A DNA stretch of 64,000 nt from Flavobacteriales bacterium. GTDB taxonomy: Bacteria > Bacteroidota > Bacteroidia > Flavobacteriales_F > PHOS-HE28. The DNA lies in the NCBI GenBank assembly GCA_020635725.1, contig JACJZF010000010.1, positions 74,061-138,060 on the forward strand, in the 5' to 3' direction. The translations under genes and the position numbers were made by a program. Every line of letters begins with the position of its first letter. The stretch's first letter is position 1. The notes below the pieces were generated by a model. The model was not told the origin of the DNA and did not search any database. It worked only from the letters and a program-made list of their open reading frames with translations. This document shows, in pieces, positions 45,407-54,388 of this stretch.

Positions 45407-47557
45407 ATGCGACCACTCTTTACCCTCATCTCGTTCTTCGCCACGCTCACCCTTGCGGCCCAGCCTCCGAACGATGCCTGCGAAGGCGCGATCGACATCA
45501 GCTGCAACAGCGTTATCCAAGGCACCACCACCGATGCAACGACCGATGCGGTGGATGCATGCGGCACCAGCATCACGGCGCCCGGCGCGTGGTTCCGGCT
45601 CGTAGGAAGCGGCCAGGAAGTGGTGGTGACCACCTGCCCGGACAACACGTACGACACCAAGCTCAACGTGTACGCTGGCGCATGCGATGGGCTGGTGTGC
45701 ATCACCGGCAATGATGACATCGAGCAGGGCGTCTTCTGCTCCAGCGCCGGTTTCGTGGCGGAGGAGGGCATCACGTACTACATTCTCGTGCAGGGCTACG
45801 ATGGCGCCACGGGCGATTTCGAGCTGAGCGTCACCTGCACGGCCATCACCCAGGATCATTGCCAGGGCGCTCTTCCGATCGCCTGCGGCCAAACGGTGCA
45901 AGGCAGCACCGCCGATGCCACGGCAGATGAGGTTCCGGAATGCGGCACTTCGATCACCGCGCCCGGTGTGTGGTACAGCTTCACCGGCAATGGAGGGCAG
46001 ATGATCCTCTCGACCTGCCCGGACAACACGTTCGACACCAAGCTCAATGTGTACACCGGGCCCTGCAGCGCCCCGGTGTGCGTGGCTGGCAATGATGATA
46101 GCGTCCCGGGTGTGTATTGCTCCACGCTCGCCTTCACATCGACTCCGGGAACGGCGTATTTCGTGCTCGTGCAGGGCTATGATGGCGCGACAGGAACCTT
46201 CGATCTATCGTTGACCTGCCCGGATTGCGGCGCGCCCACCGACGTGATCATCACGGCGACGGATGCGACGGCCCAGGTGACGTGGAACTCGCCGAATGAA
46301 TCGAGTTCCTTCCTTGTCGAGTACGGTCCGGTCGGATTCACGCCGGGTACGGGCATGACCATCTCAGGCGCCACGGGCATCACCGGCCCTCCGGTGAACA
46401 TCAACGGCCTTGCCCCCGGGACCGAATACGACGTGTACGTGAGCGAGGAGTGCCTTGAAGGAGGCGGACCAGCCGCGGGCCCCATCGGATTCACCACGCT
46501 CACCGAGCCCTTGGCGGAGAACGCGCAATGCTCGGGCGCGATCACCATCGCTTGCGGCGGCAGCGTGGAAGGCGACACCGGCCTGGGCCTTCCGGCGGCC
46601 GGCCCGACCTGCGGCGCGGCGAACATCACCAGCACCGGTCTCTGGTACACCTTCATCGGCACCGGTGAGGATGCCACGTTGAGCACCTGCGGGGCCAGCG
46701 GCTACGACACCAAGATCAGCGTGTTCTCGGGCGCATGCGACGCGCTGCTCTGCGAAGCCGGAAGCGATGATGGCCCGAATTGCCCGGGCAATACCAGCAG
46801 CCTGACCATGCATACCACCGGAGGCACCACGTACCTCGTGCTCGTGCACGGCTACCAAGAGGACCAAGGGCACTTCACGTTGACGCTGGAATGCGCCGAC
46901 CCCTGCGCGGCCGTGGACAATGACGATTGCTCGAATGCCTCCTTGCTGACCGTGCAGCCCGCCGGCGGCTGCGAGAGCAGCACGGGCACAACGGCCTGCG
47001 CCTTCGCCACGTCCGTGCCGAATCCGCCATGCGATGCCTGGGGCAACATCGTGGACACATGGTACGCGTTCAATACCGGCTGGGCGCAGAACCTCTCGTT
47101 GATCATTGAGCGCGGCACGGCCGAGTATGTCAACGCCGCGCTGTACACGGCCTGCGATGAACCCGCGTACATCGACTGCTGGACCGATGTGAATGGTCCG
47201 ATCGCGCTGCAGGGAATAGCGCCGAACACCGAGCTGCTTGTGCGCGTATGGAACGGAGGCGGGGCCGGCGCAGGCACCTTCTCCATCTGCGTCGAAGGTG
47301 ATTTCAACGTCGGCGTAGCAGAGGTGGCGCGCGCCAGCTTCCTGGCCAGCCCGGTGCCTGCTTCGGATGTGCTGACGCTGCGAGGTCTCGACGGCGTCGC
47401 CTCGATCACCCTGGTTGACGCCACGGGCCGCGTGGTGCGTTCGCTTTCCGTGAACAGCTCAAGGGCACTGACGTTTGGGGTGCAGGACCTGGCCGAGGGG
47501 CTCTACCTCGTCAACGGCGATGGACGACAGCTGGGGCGCGTGCTGATCCAGCACTGA
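45407..47557 (+). CDS. T9SS-sorted protein with four Cys-containing PPC-like repeats and one fibronectin type III domain
   Basis: Three clear ~125-aa repeats (NDxC.GA..I.CG..V.G.T…CGTSITAPGVWY…STCPDNT.DTKLNVY.G.C…GNDD…Y.LVQGYDGATG.F.L..TC) and a fourth divergent one. FN3-like VTWNSPNESSSFLVEYGP…GTEYDVYV. C-terminal sorting domain …GLYLVNGDGRQLGRVLIQH. Confidence 0.85.
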   Translation: MRPLFTLISFFATLTLAAQPPNDACEGAIDISCNSVIQGTTTDATTDAVDACGTSITAPGAWFRLVGSGQEVVVTTCPDNTYDTKLNVYAGACDGLVCITGNDDIEQGVFCSSAGFVAEEGITYYILVQGYDGATGDFELSVTCTAITQDHCQGALPIACGQTVQGSTADATADEVPECGTSITAPGVWYSFTGNGGQMILSTCPDNTFDTKLNVYTGPCSAPVCVAGNDDSVPGVYCSTLAFTSTPGTAYFVLVQGYDGATGTFDLSLTCPDCGAPTDVIITATDATAQVTWNSPNESSSFLVEYGPVGFTPGTGMTISGATGITGPPVNINGLAPGTEYDVYVSEECLEGGGPAAGPIGFTTLTEPLAENAQCSGAITIACGGSVEGDTGLGLPAAGPTCGAANITSTGLWYTFIGTGEDATLSTCGASGYDTKISVFSGACDALLCEAGSDDGPNCPGNTSSLTMHTTGGTTYLVLVHGYQEDQGHFTLTLECADPCAAVDNDDCSNASLLTVQPAGGCESSTGTTACAFATSVPNPPCDAWGNIVDTWYAFNTGWAQNLSLIIERGTAEYVNAALYTACDEPAYIDCWTDVNGPIALQGIAPNTELLVRVWNGGGAGAGTFSICVEGDFNVGVAEVARASFLASPVPASDVLTLRGLDGVASITLVDATGRVVRSLSVNSSRALTFGVQDLAEGLYLVNGDGRQLGRVLIQH

Positions 47558-47606
47558 GCCGATCAGTCTTGATAAACGTGGGAAGCCGTGCTGGCCTCCC
47601 TCCTGC

Positions 47607-47948
47607 TCAGCATTTCCCGGACCCGAGCTGTTCAGCGTGCATGTGGAGGAACTTCGCGCTCCCCTCGATCCCCGCGTCGTGCAGCAGGCGACGGGTGTAC
47701 GAGATGGCATCGGCCTCCTCGGCGAAACTCACGTCGGAGAACTTCAGCACCACCACGCCGGTCCACGTGCAATCGTATTCGAGGTTGGCATGCGAATCCT
47801 TCGCTACCGCAGCGGAGAGGCGCGCGTGGCCCTCGTTGCCCAGGCCTTGAACCTGCAGCACCACCTGCACATCATAGGCTTGCGCGAACAGGCTGGCCGC
47901 CATGGTGGATCCGAGCATGAAGAGCGCGAGTGTGATCGACCGTAGCAT
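47607..47948 (-). CDS. hypothetical small secreted protein
   Basis: 113 aa with signal peptide MLRSITLALFMLGSTMAASLFAQA. Confidence 0.5.
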   Translation of the reverse strand: MLRSITLALFMLGSTMAASLFAQAYDVQVVLQVQGLGNEGHARLSAAVAKDSHANLEYDCTWTGVVVLKFSDVSFAEEADAISYTRRLLHDAGIEGSAKFLHMHAEQLGSGKC

Positions 47949-48004
47949 GGGAGTAGTGGGATGGATTGGTTCGACTAATTTCGACCGGTACCCGCGCACG
48001 GAGA

Positions 48005-48340
48005 ATGACGAACGACAGGCACGAGCAGCGCATCGGCTCATGGAGGGAGTTCTATCCCTATTACCTGTCCGAGCATCAGCATCCCGTGAGCCGGGTGCTG
48101 CATTTCATCGGCACCGGGCTCATCGCGCTGTGGATCATTCTCGCGATCGCCATGCGCCAACCATGGTGGCTGATCCTCATACCCATCGGCGGTTATGGAT
48201 TCGCCTGGGTGGGCCACTTCTTCTTCGAACGTAACAAGCCGGCCACGTTCCGGTATCCCGCATACAGCCTTGCCAGCGATTTCGTGCTCTTCTGGCAACT
48301 CCTCTCCGGCCGCGAGCGCTTCCGTCCGAAACGCCCCTGA
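48005..48340 (+). CDS. DUF962 (Mpo1-like) membrane protein
   Basis: FYPYYLSEHQHPVSRVLHFIGT… and GYGFAWVGHFFFERNKPATFRYP motifs. Confidence 0.75.
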   Translation: MTNDRHEQRIGSWREFYPYYLSEHQHPVSRVLHFIGTGLIALWIILAIAMRQPWWLILIPIGGYGFAWVGHFFFERNKPATFRYPAYSLASDFVLFWQLLSGRERFRPKRP

Positions 48341-48352
48341 ACATACTTCGAC

Positions 48353-49948
48353 ATGCCCATTCGAATGACCCCCGACCAGCCGAGCGGCAACCAGCGCAAT
48401 CGACCGAGCATGCCCAGCGGTGGCGGGCGCAGCGGCGGCGGCGGCATCGGCGGCGGCCTGCTGGGAGCGCTGCTCCCACTGCTCTTCCGCAATCCGAAGC
48501 TCCTGCTGATCGGCGCGGTGATCCTGGGCATCGTCTGGTTCATGGGCGGGCTCGATGGCTGCGGCGGCGCCATGAGCGATTCCGGCGGGCTGCTCGCGCA
48601 GCTCACGCGCGGCGCCACCCTGGATCCCGCTGAATACGACAAGGCCGAGGTGTACGAGCCGCTCGCCGACAACGTGAAATCGCCGCTGCCTGAGCGGGCG
48701 AGCCTGGAGCGCTTCGCCCCCCCGCGCCGCAACCAGGGCCAGCAGGGCAGCTGCGTGGCCTGGGCCAGCGCATACGCGGCGCGCAGCATCATCCACAACC
48801 AAGCAGCGGAGAGCCAGAGCGCGGCCTTCAGCCCGAGCTTCATGTACAACCGCATCAAGATCGAGAACAGCGATTGCCAAGGGAGCTACATCCTGCGCGC
48901 CATGGATGACATGCTCAAGCGCGGCGCCGTGCCCTTCAGCCAGTTCGCTTACACCGACCAGAGCTGCAGCGCGCGGCCAGATGCGGAGACCGAGCGCGCG
49001 GCCGAACGATACCGGATCAAGGGATTCCAGCGCCTGAGCCGCAGTGACGACCCGAACAGCCCCGTGGACATGGTGGCCATGAAGCAATACCTCTCCCAAG
49101 GATCGCCGGTGGTCATCGGCATGATGGTGGGCGGCAGCTTCATGCAGGACATGATGGGCCGCGAGGTGTGGATCCCCACCCAGGCGGATACGCGGCTACA
49201 AGGTTTCGGCGGGCATGCCATGTGCGTGATCGGATACGATGACTACAAGCTTGGCGGCGAGTCGGGCGGCGCCTTCCAGATCATGAACAGCTGGGGGCCC
49301 GAATGGGGCAAGAATGGAATCGCCTGGGTGCCCTATGACGCATTCGGCTACTTCGCCAAGGAGGCCTATGCCGTGTACCCCATGGGCGAGAACGCCGAGG
49401 AACGGACGGACCGCTATGACATCCGTTTCGGGCTGGCCGTGGTGGATGAGCAAGGGAAGCCCACCGGCGCGCACATCGCCTTGGAGCACCGGGGCGGCCG
49501 TGTGTTCCGCACGGCCGGGGCCATCCCCAAGGGCACGCGCTTCAAGATCGAGGTCACCAATAACCTGGAGTGCTACACCTACTTGTACGGACAGGAGGTC
49601 GATGGCAGCCCGTACGTGCTCTTCCCCTACACGCCGAAGCACTCGCCCTACTGCGGCACCACGGGCATGCGGCAGTTCCCGCGCGATCAGAGCCTCACGG
49701 CCGATGATGCGGGCACCTTGGACGTGATGGCCATCCTGGTCTCCAACCAGCCCTTCGACTATCCCGACATCAACGAACGCATGAAGCGCTCAGGCCGATC
49801 CGGACTCAACGAAGCGTTGCCTGCGGTACTGGGCGAGGAATTGCTGCCAGCGGCTGATGCGAGCTATACCAGCGGGGAGACTTTCGGAGCCGTGGCACCG
49901 GCTACTCGCAACGCCCTCGCCGTGATCCTTGAGATCGAGAAACGCTGA
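48353..49948 (+). CDS. membrane-anchored papain-like (C1 family) cysteine peptidase with DUF4384-like C-terminal domain
   Basis: Gly-rich N-terminus plus a TM helix. Catalytic QGQQGSCVAWASAYA (Cys), GGHAMCVIGYDD (His), and NSWGPEWGKNGIAWVPY. A ~170-aa beta-rich C-terminal domain. Confidence 0.85.
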   Translation: MPIRMTPDQPSGNQRNRPSMPSGGGRSGGGGIGGGLLGALLPLLFRNPKLLLIGAVILGIVWFMGGLDGCGGAMSDSGGLLAQLTRGATLDPAEYDKAEVYEPLADNVKSPLPERASLERFAPPRRNQGQQGSCVAWASAYAARSIIHNQAAESQSAAFSPSFMYNRIKIENSDCQGSYILRAMDDMLKRGAVPFSQFAYTDQSCSARPDAETERAAERYRIKGFQRLSRSDDPNSPVDMVAMKQYLSQGSPVVIGMMVGGSFMQDMMGREVWIPTQADTRLQGFGGHAMCVIGYDDYKLGGESGGAFQIMNSWGPEWGKNGIAWVPYDAFGYFAKEAYAVYPMGENAEERTDRYDIRFGLAVVDEQGKPTGAHIALEHRGGRVFRTAGAIPKGTRFKIEVTNNLECYTYLYGQEVDGSPYVLFPYTPKHSPYCGTTGMRQFPRDQSLTADDAGTLDVMAILVSNQPFDYPDINERMKRSGRSGLNEALPAVLGEELLPAADASYTSGETFGAVAPATRNALAVILEIEKR

Positions 49949-49982
49949 TGCGATCACTCGCTCACAATACCATTCGTTCCGC

Positions 49983-50474
49983 ATGCGCCGATTCCTCCTC
50001 TTCCTGCTCCTGGCCTTCGCCATCGCCCAATTCGTTCGGCCTGATACCACTAACCCGACGCGCGACCCGGCGAACGACCTGATCGCGGTCACCCACCCCA
50101 GCGCCGAAGTGACCGCGCTGCTGCGCGCGGCCTGCTACGATTGCCACAGCCATGAGACCCGATACCCGTGGTACGTGAGCATCACGCCGGTGAACTGGTG
50201 GATGCAGCACCATGTGGATGAGGGGCGGGAGGAATTCAATATGAGCGAATGGGGCGCGCGTAAAGCCAAATGGCAACGGCACAAGGCCGAGGAGTCGGTG
50301 GAGATGGTGAAGAAGAGAGAGATGCCGTTGGATTCGTACACCTGGGGCCATCCGGAAGCGCGCCTCACCGATGCGCAACGCCAGGCGCTGGCGAGCTACT
50401 TCTCCGGTCTCGTATCGGCCTTGCCCGGCGGGAAAGATGACAGGGCGGGATCGCGCGAGCACGAGGATCATTGA
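49983..50474 (+). CDS. haem-binding domain protein (Haem_bd family)
   Basis: Signal/anchor sequence, then CYDCHS haem-binding motif with TRYPWY…PVNWW context. Confidence 0.75.
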   Translation: MRRFLLFLLLAFAIAQFVRPDTTNPTRDPANDLIAVTHPSAEVTALLRAACYDCHSHETRYPWYVSITPVNWWMQHHVDEGREEFNMSEWGARKAKWQRHKAEESVEMVKKREMPLDSYTWGHPEARLTDAQRQALASYFSGLVSALPGGKDDRAGSREHEDH

Positions 50475-50493
50475 TCGCGCGGAACCGCGGCGA

Positions 50494-51816
50494 TCACATG
50501 CCCCCGTCAACCGCCACCGCGCGCAGATCGTGCTCGTTGGCCTGGGTGATGCGCACTTGCGCGAAATCGCCCACACGCAGGTAGCCGTCCTTCATGGGTA
50601 TGAGCACCTCGTTGTCCACCTCTGGTGAATCGAACTCGGTGCGGGCGATGTACGTGCCGCTCTCGGCCTTGTCCACCAGCACCCGATAGGTGCGGCCCAC
50701 CTTGGCCTGATTCAATTCCAGGCTGATGCCACCTTGCAATTCCATGATCTCCTGCGCACGTTGCTCTTTCACCTCGGGCGGCACATCATCCTCCATGGTG
50801 AAGGCATGCGTCTGCTCCTCATGACTGTATGTGAAGGCGCCGAGCCGATCGAAGCGCATGCGCTCGATCCAGCGCAGGTTATCCTCATGGTCGGCCTGTG
50901 ATTCACCCGGAAAGCCGCTGATGAGCGTGGTTCGGATGGCGATACCGGGCACCTTCTCCCGGATGGTATCCACCAAGGCCTCGGTCTTCTCCTGGGTGAT
51001 GCCGCGCCGCATGCGCGTGAGCACGGCCGTGCTGCCGTGCTGCAGCGGCATGTCCAGGTAGTTGCACACGTTGCTCCGCTCGCGCATCACGTCCAGGATG
51101 TCCATGGGGAATCCGGAGGGGAAGGCATAATGCAGCCGTATCCATTCAATGCCCTCCACATCGCTGAGCTGGGCGACGAGCTCGCTCAGGTTGCGCTTCT
51201 TGTACAGGTCGAGGCCGTAGTAAGTGAGGTCCTGCGCGATGAGGATCAGCTCCTTCACCCCTTGAGCCGCGAGCTGGCGCGCGTTGGCCACGAGCTGCTC
51301 CACCGGTGTGCTCACATGCTTGCCACGCATCAGCGGGATGGCACAGAAGGAGCACTTGCGGTCACAGCCCTCGCTGATCTTGAAGTAGGCGAAATGGTTC
51401 GGCGTGGTGAGCAGCCGCTCGCCCACGAGCTCATGCTTGTAATCGGCCTTCAGGGTCTTGAGCAACCGCGGGAGATCACGCGTGCCGAACCAGGCATCCA
51501 CTTGTGGGATCCCTTCCTTGAGCTCGGGTGCATAGCGTTGGCTGAGGCAACCGGTCACGTACACCTTCTCCACCTCACCGCGCTCCTTGGCCCCGGCCCA
51601 CGACAGGATCGTATCGATGCTCTCCTGCTTGGCATTCTCGATGAAGCCGCAGGTATTGATCACCACCACGTTGTGGTCGGCCTGCTCAGCCTCGTGTTCC
51701 ACGGCGATGCCATTGGCCTTGAGCTGCGCCATCATCACTTCGCTGTCGAAGGTGTTCTTCGAGCAGCCCAGGGTGATGACATTGACCTTGGTGCGCTTGA
51801 AGGTTCGGGCCTTCAT
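50494..51816 (-). CDS. rimO: ribosomal protein S12 methylthiotransferase
   Basis: UPF0004 N-domain (VNVITLGCSKNTFDSE), radical SAM CDRKCSFCAIP, and a C-terminal TRAM domain. Start at MKARTF. Confidence 0.9.
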   Translation of the reverse strand: MKARTFKRTKVNVITLGCSKNTFDSEVMMAQLKANGIAVEHEAEQADHNVVVINTCGFIENAKQESIDTILSWAGAKERGEVEKVYVTGCLSQRYAPELKEGIPQVDAWFGTRDLPRLLKTLKADYKHELVGERLLTTPNHFAYFKISEGCDRKCSFCAIPLMRGKHVSTPVEQLVANARQLAAQGVKELILIAQDLTYYGLDLYKKRNLSELVAQLSDVEGIEWIRLHYAFPSGFPMDILDVMRERSNVCNYLDMPLQHGSTAVLTRMRRGITQEKTEALVDTIREKVPGIAIRTTLISGFPGESQADHEDNLRWIERMRFDRLGAFTYSHEEQTHAFTMEDDVPPEVKEQRAQEIMELQGGISLELNQAKVGRTYRVLVDKAESGTYIARTEFDSPEVDNEVLIPMKDGYLRVGDFAQVRITQANEHDLRAVAVDGGM

Positions 51817-51888
51817 GGCCGCGAAGCTTGGAGCGCGGCATTCCAACGTCCCGCTACGCGCGTTGCTGGACGTCCAGATTCCATTGAA

Positions 51889-52251
51889 TCAATTGAAGGT
51901 CCCGGCGAACCACTTCTGGAAGGAGGCACCCATGATCGGAGCAGTCTTAGTCTCACCGTTCACCGCCGAAATGATACCCATGACCCACATGACGAGGACC
52001 AAGATGTATCCCAAGCAGCCCACAACCCAGCCGATAAAAGGGATGATCATGATGATACTCATGCAAACCGAGCAAAGCATGATCCCGAGACCTTGACGCA
52101 AGTGGAACGACCCCAGAGCAGTCTTCTTACCAGGTTGGTTATGGATAATGAGGGCGACGATGAAACCGATGAGAGACAGATAGGCCACGATAGCGACTGT
52201 CTTATCCTCGGTGGGCTTCGGCGCGGCGGCCGCCGGCTGATTCGGATCCAT
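51889..52251 (-). CDS. DUF4870-like small membrane protein
   Basis: 120 aa. AIVAYLSLIGFIVALIIH…SFHLRQGLG pattern with three TM helices. Confidence 0.65.
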   Translation of the reverse strand: MDPNQPAAAAPKPTEDKTVAIVAYLSLIGFIVALIIHNQPGKKTALGSFHLRQGLGIMLCSVCMSIIMIIPFIGWVVGCLGYILVLVMWVMGIISAVNGETKTAPIMGASFQKWFAGTFN

Positions 52252-52355
52252 GTTGTTCTGGGTGTATTGCGGCCGAAGATATAGTTGTGGACTTTGCCCA
52301 CAAGCCTCCTATCACCCGAACTTCGGCCCTCCCGTATTAACAGCTTCATCCGCTG

Positions 52356-52694
52356 ATGCCCTGGCCTCGACCTCGAACCATTCGTGCTTTAACGGTGGTC
52401 GTTTACCTCGCTCTTCCGGCCGCGCTGGCCGTAATTCCATTGGAATGGGTTTCTGAAGGCCCCGTGCTCTGCCTGCACAAACGCCTCACTGGTGAGGACT
52501 GTCTTGGATGCGGCTTGACCCGTGCCCTTTTTCGAATGCTGCATGGCGATATCGGGTTGGCCGTAGCACTCAATCGCGGGGTATTGGTCGCAGGACCCCT
52601 GCTCGCGTTTCTTTGGCTGAGCGAAGTGGTACGACACGTGCTCGTACTGTTCCCTCAGGCTCTTGGCGGGCGCACCAAGGGCCTCAGCCCTTGA
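52356..52694 (+). CDS. DUF2752 domain membrane protein
   Basis: CLHKRLTGEDCLGCGLTRA motif, which is characteristic of DUF2752. Confidence 0.7.
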   Translation: MPWPRPRTIRALTVVVYLALPAALAVIPLEWVSEGPVLCLHKRLTGEDCLGCGLTRALFRMLHGDIGLAVALNRGVLVAGPLLAFLWLSEVVRHVLVLFPQALGGRTKGLSP

Positions 52695-53640
52695 ACAGCG
52701 CCTCCACGAAGGCCTGTTTGTCGAAGACCTGCAGGTGGTCCATCCCTTCGCCCACCCCCAGGTACTTGATCGGGATCCGGAACTGATCGCTGATGCCGAT
52801 GGCCACGCCGCCTTTCGCCGTGCCGTCGATCTTGGTGAGCGCCAGCGCGGTGACATCGGTGGCCTTGGTGAACTGCTTCGCCTGCTCGATGGCGTTCTGC
52901 CCGGTGCTGGCATCGAGCACGAGCAATACCTCATGCGGCGCGTCGGGGATGACCTTGCGCATCACGTTGCGCACCTTGGTCAGCTCGTTCATGAGGCCCA
53001 CTTTGTTGTGCAGGCGACCGGCGGTATCGATGATCACCACATCAGCGCCCTTCGCCTTCGCGCTCTCCACGGCATCGTAGGCCACGGCGGCGGGGTCGGC
53101 ATTCATGCCTTGCGACACGATGGGCACGCCCACTCGCTGGCTCCAGATGGTCAGCTGATCCACGGCGGCCGCGCGGAAAGTGTCCGCCGCGCCCAGCACC
53201 ACGCTCTTCCCCTCTTTCTTGAACGCGTTCGCCAATTTCCCGATGGTGGTGGTCTTCCCAACGCCGTTCACGCCCACCACCATGATCACATAGGGTTTCT
53301 GCGCCGGGTCGATGGGCGCGGGATCCTTCATGAGCGCAGCAATCTCCTCGCGCAGCAGCGCATTGAGCTCGCCAGTGCCCACGTATTTGTCTCGTTTCAC
53401 GCGCTGTTGGATCCGCTCGATGATGCGCAGGGTGGTCTCCACGCCCACATCGCTGCTCACGAGCACCTCTTCCAGGTGATCCAGCACCTCGTCATCAACG
53501 GTGCTCTTGCCGGCCACGGCACGGGCCAGGCGGCCCAGGAATCCCTCGCGCGAGCGCTCCAGGCCGCTGTCCAGCGCCTGCTTCTCCGCGGCCTCCTCGG
53601 CCTTCTCCTTCTTCTTCCCGAATAATCCGAATAGCGCCAT
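52684..53640 (-). CDS. ftsY: signal recognition particle-docking protein FtsY
   Basis: NG domain with MVVGVNGVGKTTTIGKLA, DTAGRL and LTKIDGTAKGG motifs. Confidence 0.95.
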   Translation of the reverse strand: MALFGLFGKKKEKAEEAAEKQALDSGLERSREGFLGRLARAVAGKSTVDDEVLDHLEEVLVSSDVGVETTLRIIERIQQRVKRDKYVGTGELNALLREEIAALMKDPAPIDPAQKPYVIMVVGVNGVGKTTTIGKLANAFKKEGKSVVLGAADTFRAAAVDQLTIWSQRVGVPIVSQGMNADPAAVAYDAVESAKAKGADVVIIDTAGRLHNKVGLMNELTKVRNVMRKVIPDAPHEVLLVLDASTGQNAIEQAKQFTKATDVTALALTKIDGTAKGGVAIGISDQFRIPIKYLGVGEGMDHLQVFDKQAFVEALFKG

Positions 53641-53709
53641 GGCAGGTCCAAATGCTCGAAAAGGCCGTCCGTGGTGCGGAGGCCTTCTCGCCGATGTTCG
53701 AATGGGGGA

Positions 53710-53862
53710 TTACTTCGCGTTGGCGAGCTTCTCCGCTTCGTCGCTGGGCAGCACCTGCTCAACGAAGGAGTAACCGCCGGTCTCCTTCTTGACCATGCGG
53801 ATGATCTTGGTGAAGGTCTTTCCGCCTTCCTTCTTCAGGGTTGCAACGGTCTTCTTTGCCAT
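53710..53862 (-). CDS. DUF4295 family small protein (below the ORF-track length cut-off)
   Basis: Hand translation gives MAKKTVATLKKEGGKTFTKIIRMVKKETGGYSFVEQVLPSDEAEKLANAK (50 aa). Its position directly downstream of rpmG is the conserved Bacteroidota arrangement. Confidence 0.75.
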   Translation of the reverse strand: MAKKTVATLKKEGGKTFTKIIRMVKKETGGYSFVEQVLPSDEAEKLANAK

Positions 53863-53865
53863 GGC

Positions 53866-54048
53866 TTACTTGATCTCTTTGTGAACGGTCATCTTACGCA
53901 GGATCGGGTTGTATTTCTTCAACTCGATGCGCTCGGAGGTGTTCTTGCGGTTCTTGGTGGTGATGTAGCGGCTGGTGCCCGGCTGGCCCGAGGTCTTGTG
54001 CTCGGTGCACTCCAGGATCACTTGTACGCGGTTCCCTTTCTTGGCCAT
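53866..54048 (-). CDS. rpmG: 50S ribosomal protein L33
   Basis: [60 protein letters not shown] (60 aa). Confidence 0.95.
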   Translation of the reverse strand: MAKKGNRVQVILECTEHKTSGQPGTSRYITTKNRKNTSERIELKKYNPILRKMTVHKEIK

Positions 54049-54096
54049 GGCTACTGGTATTGGCATGCCGGGCGACCCGGCGGCTCTGTGGTTCGG

Positions 54097-54336
54097 TTAT
54101 GCGGCGAGGTAACCCTTGGAGCGGGCGCGCTTCATGGCCTCCTCGATGCCGATCTTGCTGATGGTGCGCATGCCCGCGGTGCTCACGCGCAAGGTGACCC
54201 ACTTGTTCTCGCCGGGAACGAAGAACTTGCGGTCCTGGAGGTTGGGCGCGAAGGTGCGCTTGGTCTTGATGTTCGAGTGCGACACCTTGTGACCGGTGAT
54301 GACCTTCTTACCGGTGATCTGGCAGACTTTGGACAT
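54097..54336 (-). CDS. rpmB: 50S ribosomal protein L28
   Basis: MSKVCQITGKKVITGHKVSHSNIKTKRTFAPNLQ… (79 aa). The longer track ORF is an N-terminal over-extension. Confidence 0.95.
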   Translation of the reverse strand: MSKVCQITGKKVITGHKVSHSNIKTKRTFAPNLQDRKFFVPGENKWVTLRVSTAGMRTISKIGIEEAMKRARSKGYLAA

Positions 54337-54357
54337 GGCCTTCCGTATTACGGGCCG

Positions 54358-54365
54358 CAAATGTA
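54358..54365 (-). promoter_or_regulatory. Bacteroidota-type -7 promoter box TACATTTG upstream of rpmB
   Basis: Minus-strand TACATTTG lies 22 nt upstream of the rpmB ATG. The extended context GCAAATGTAGC is the same as upstream of tRNA-Val. Confidence 0.45.
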
Positions 54366-54388
54366 GCCATTTCCTCCAGACTTGCATC

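Noticed and set aside
48038-49099. 353-aa minus-strand ORF, plus 51037..52284 and 52663..53625 on the plus strand
   Set aside because: These are antisense to the DUF962 and C1 peptidase genes, to rimO and the DUF4870 gene, and to ftsY respectively, with no independent support.
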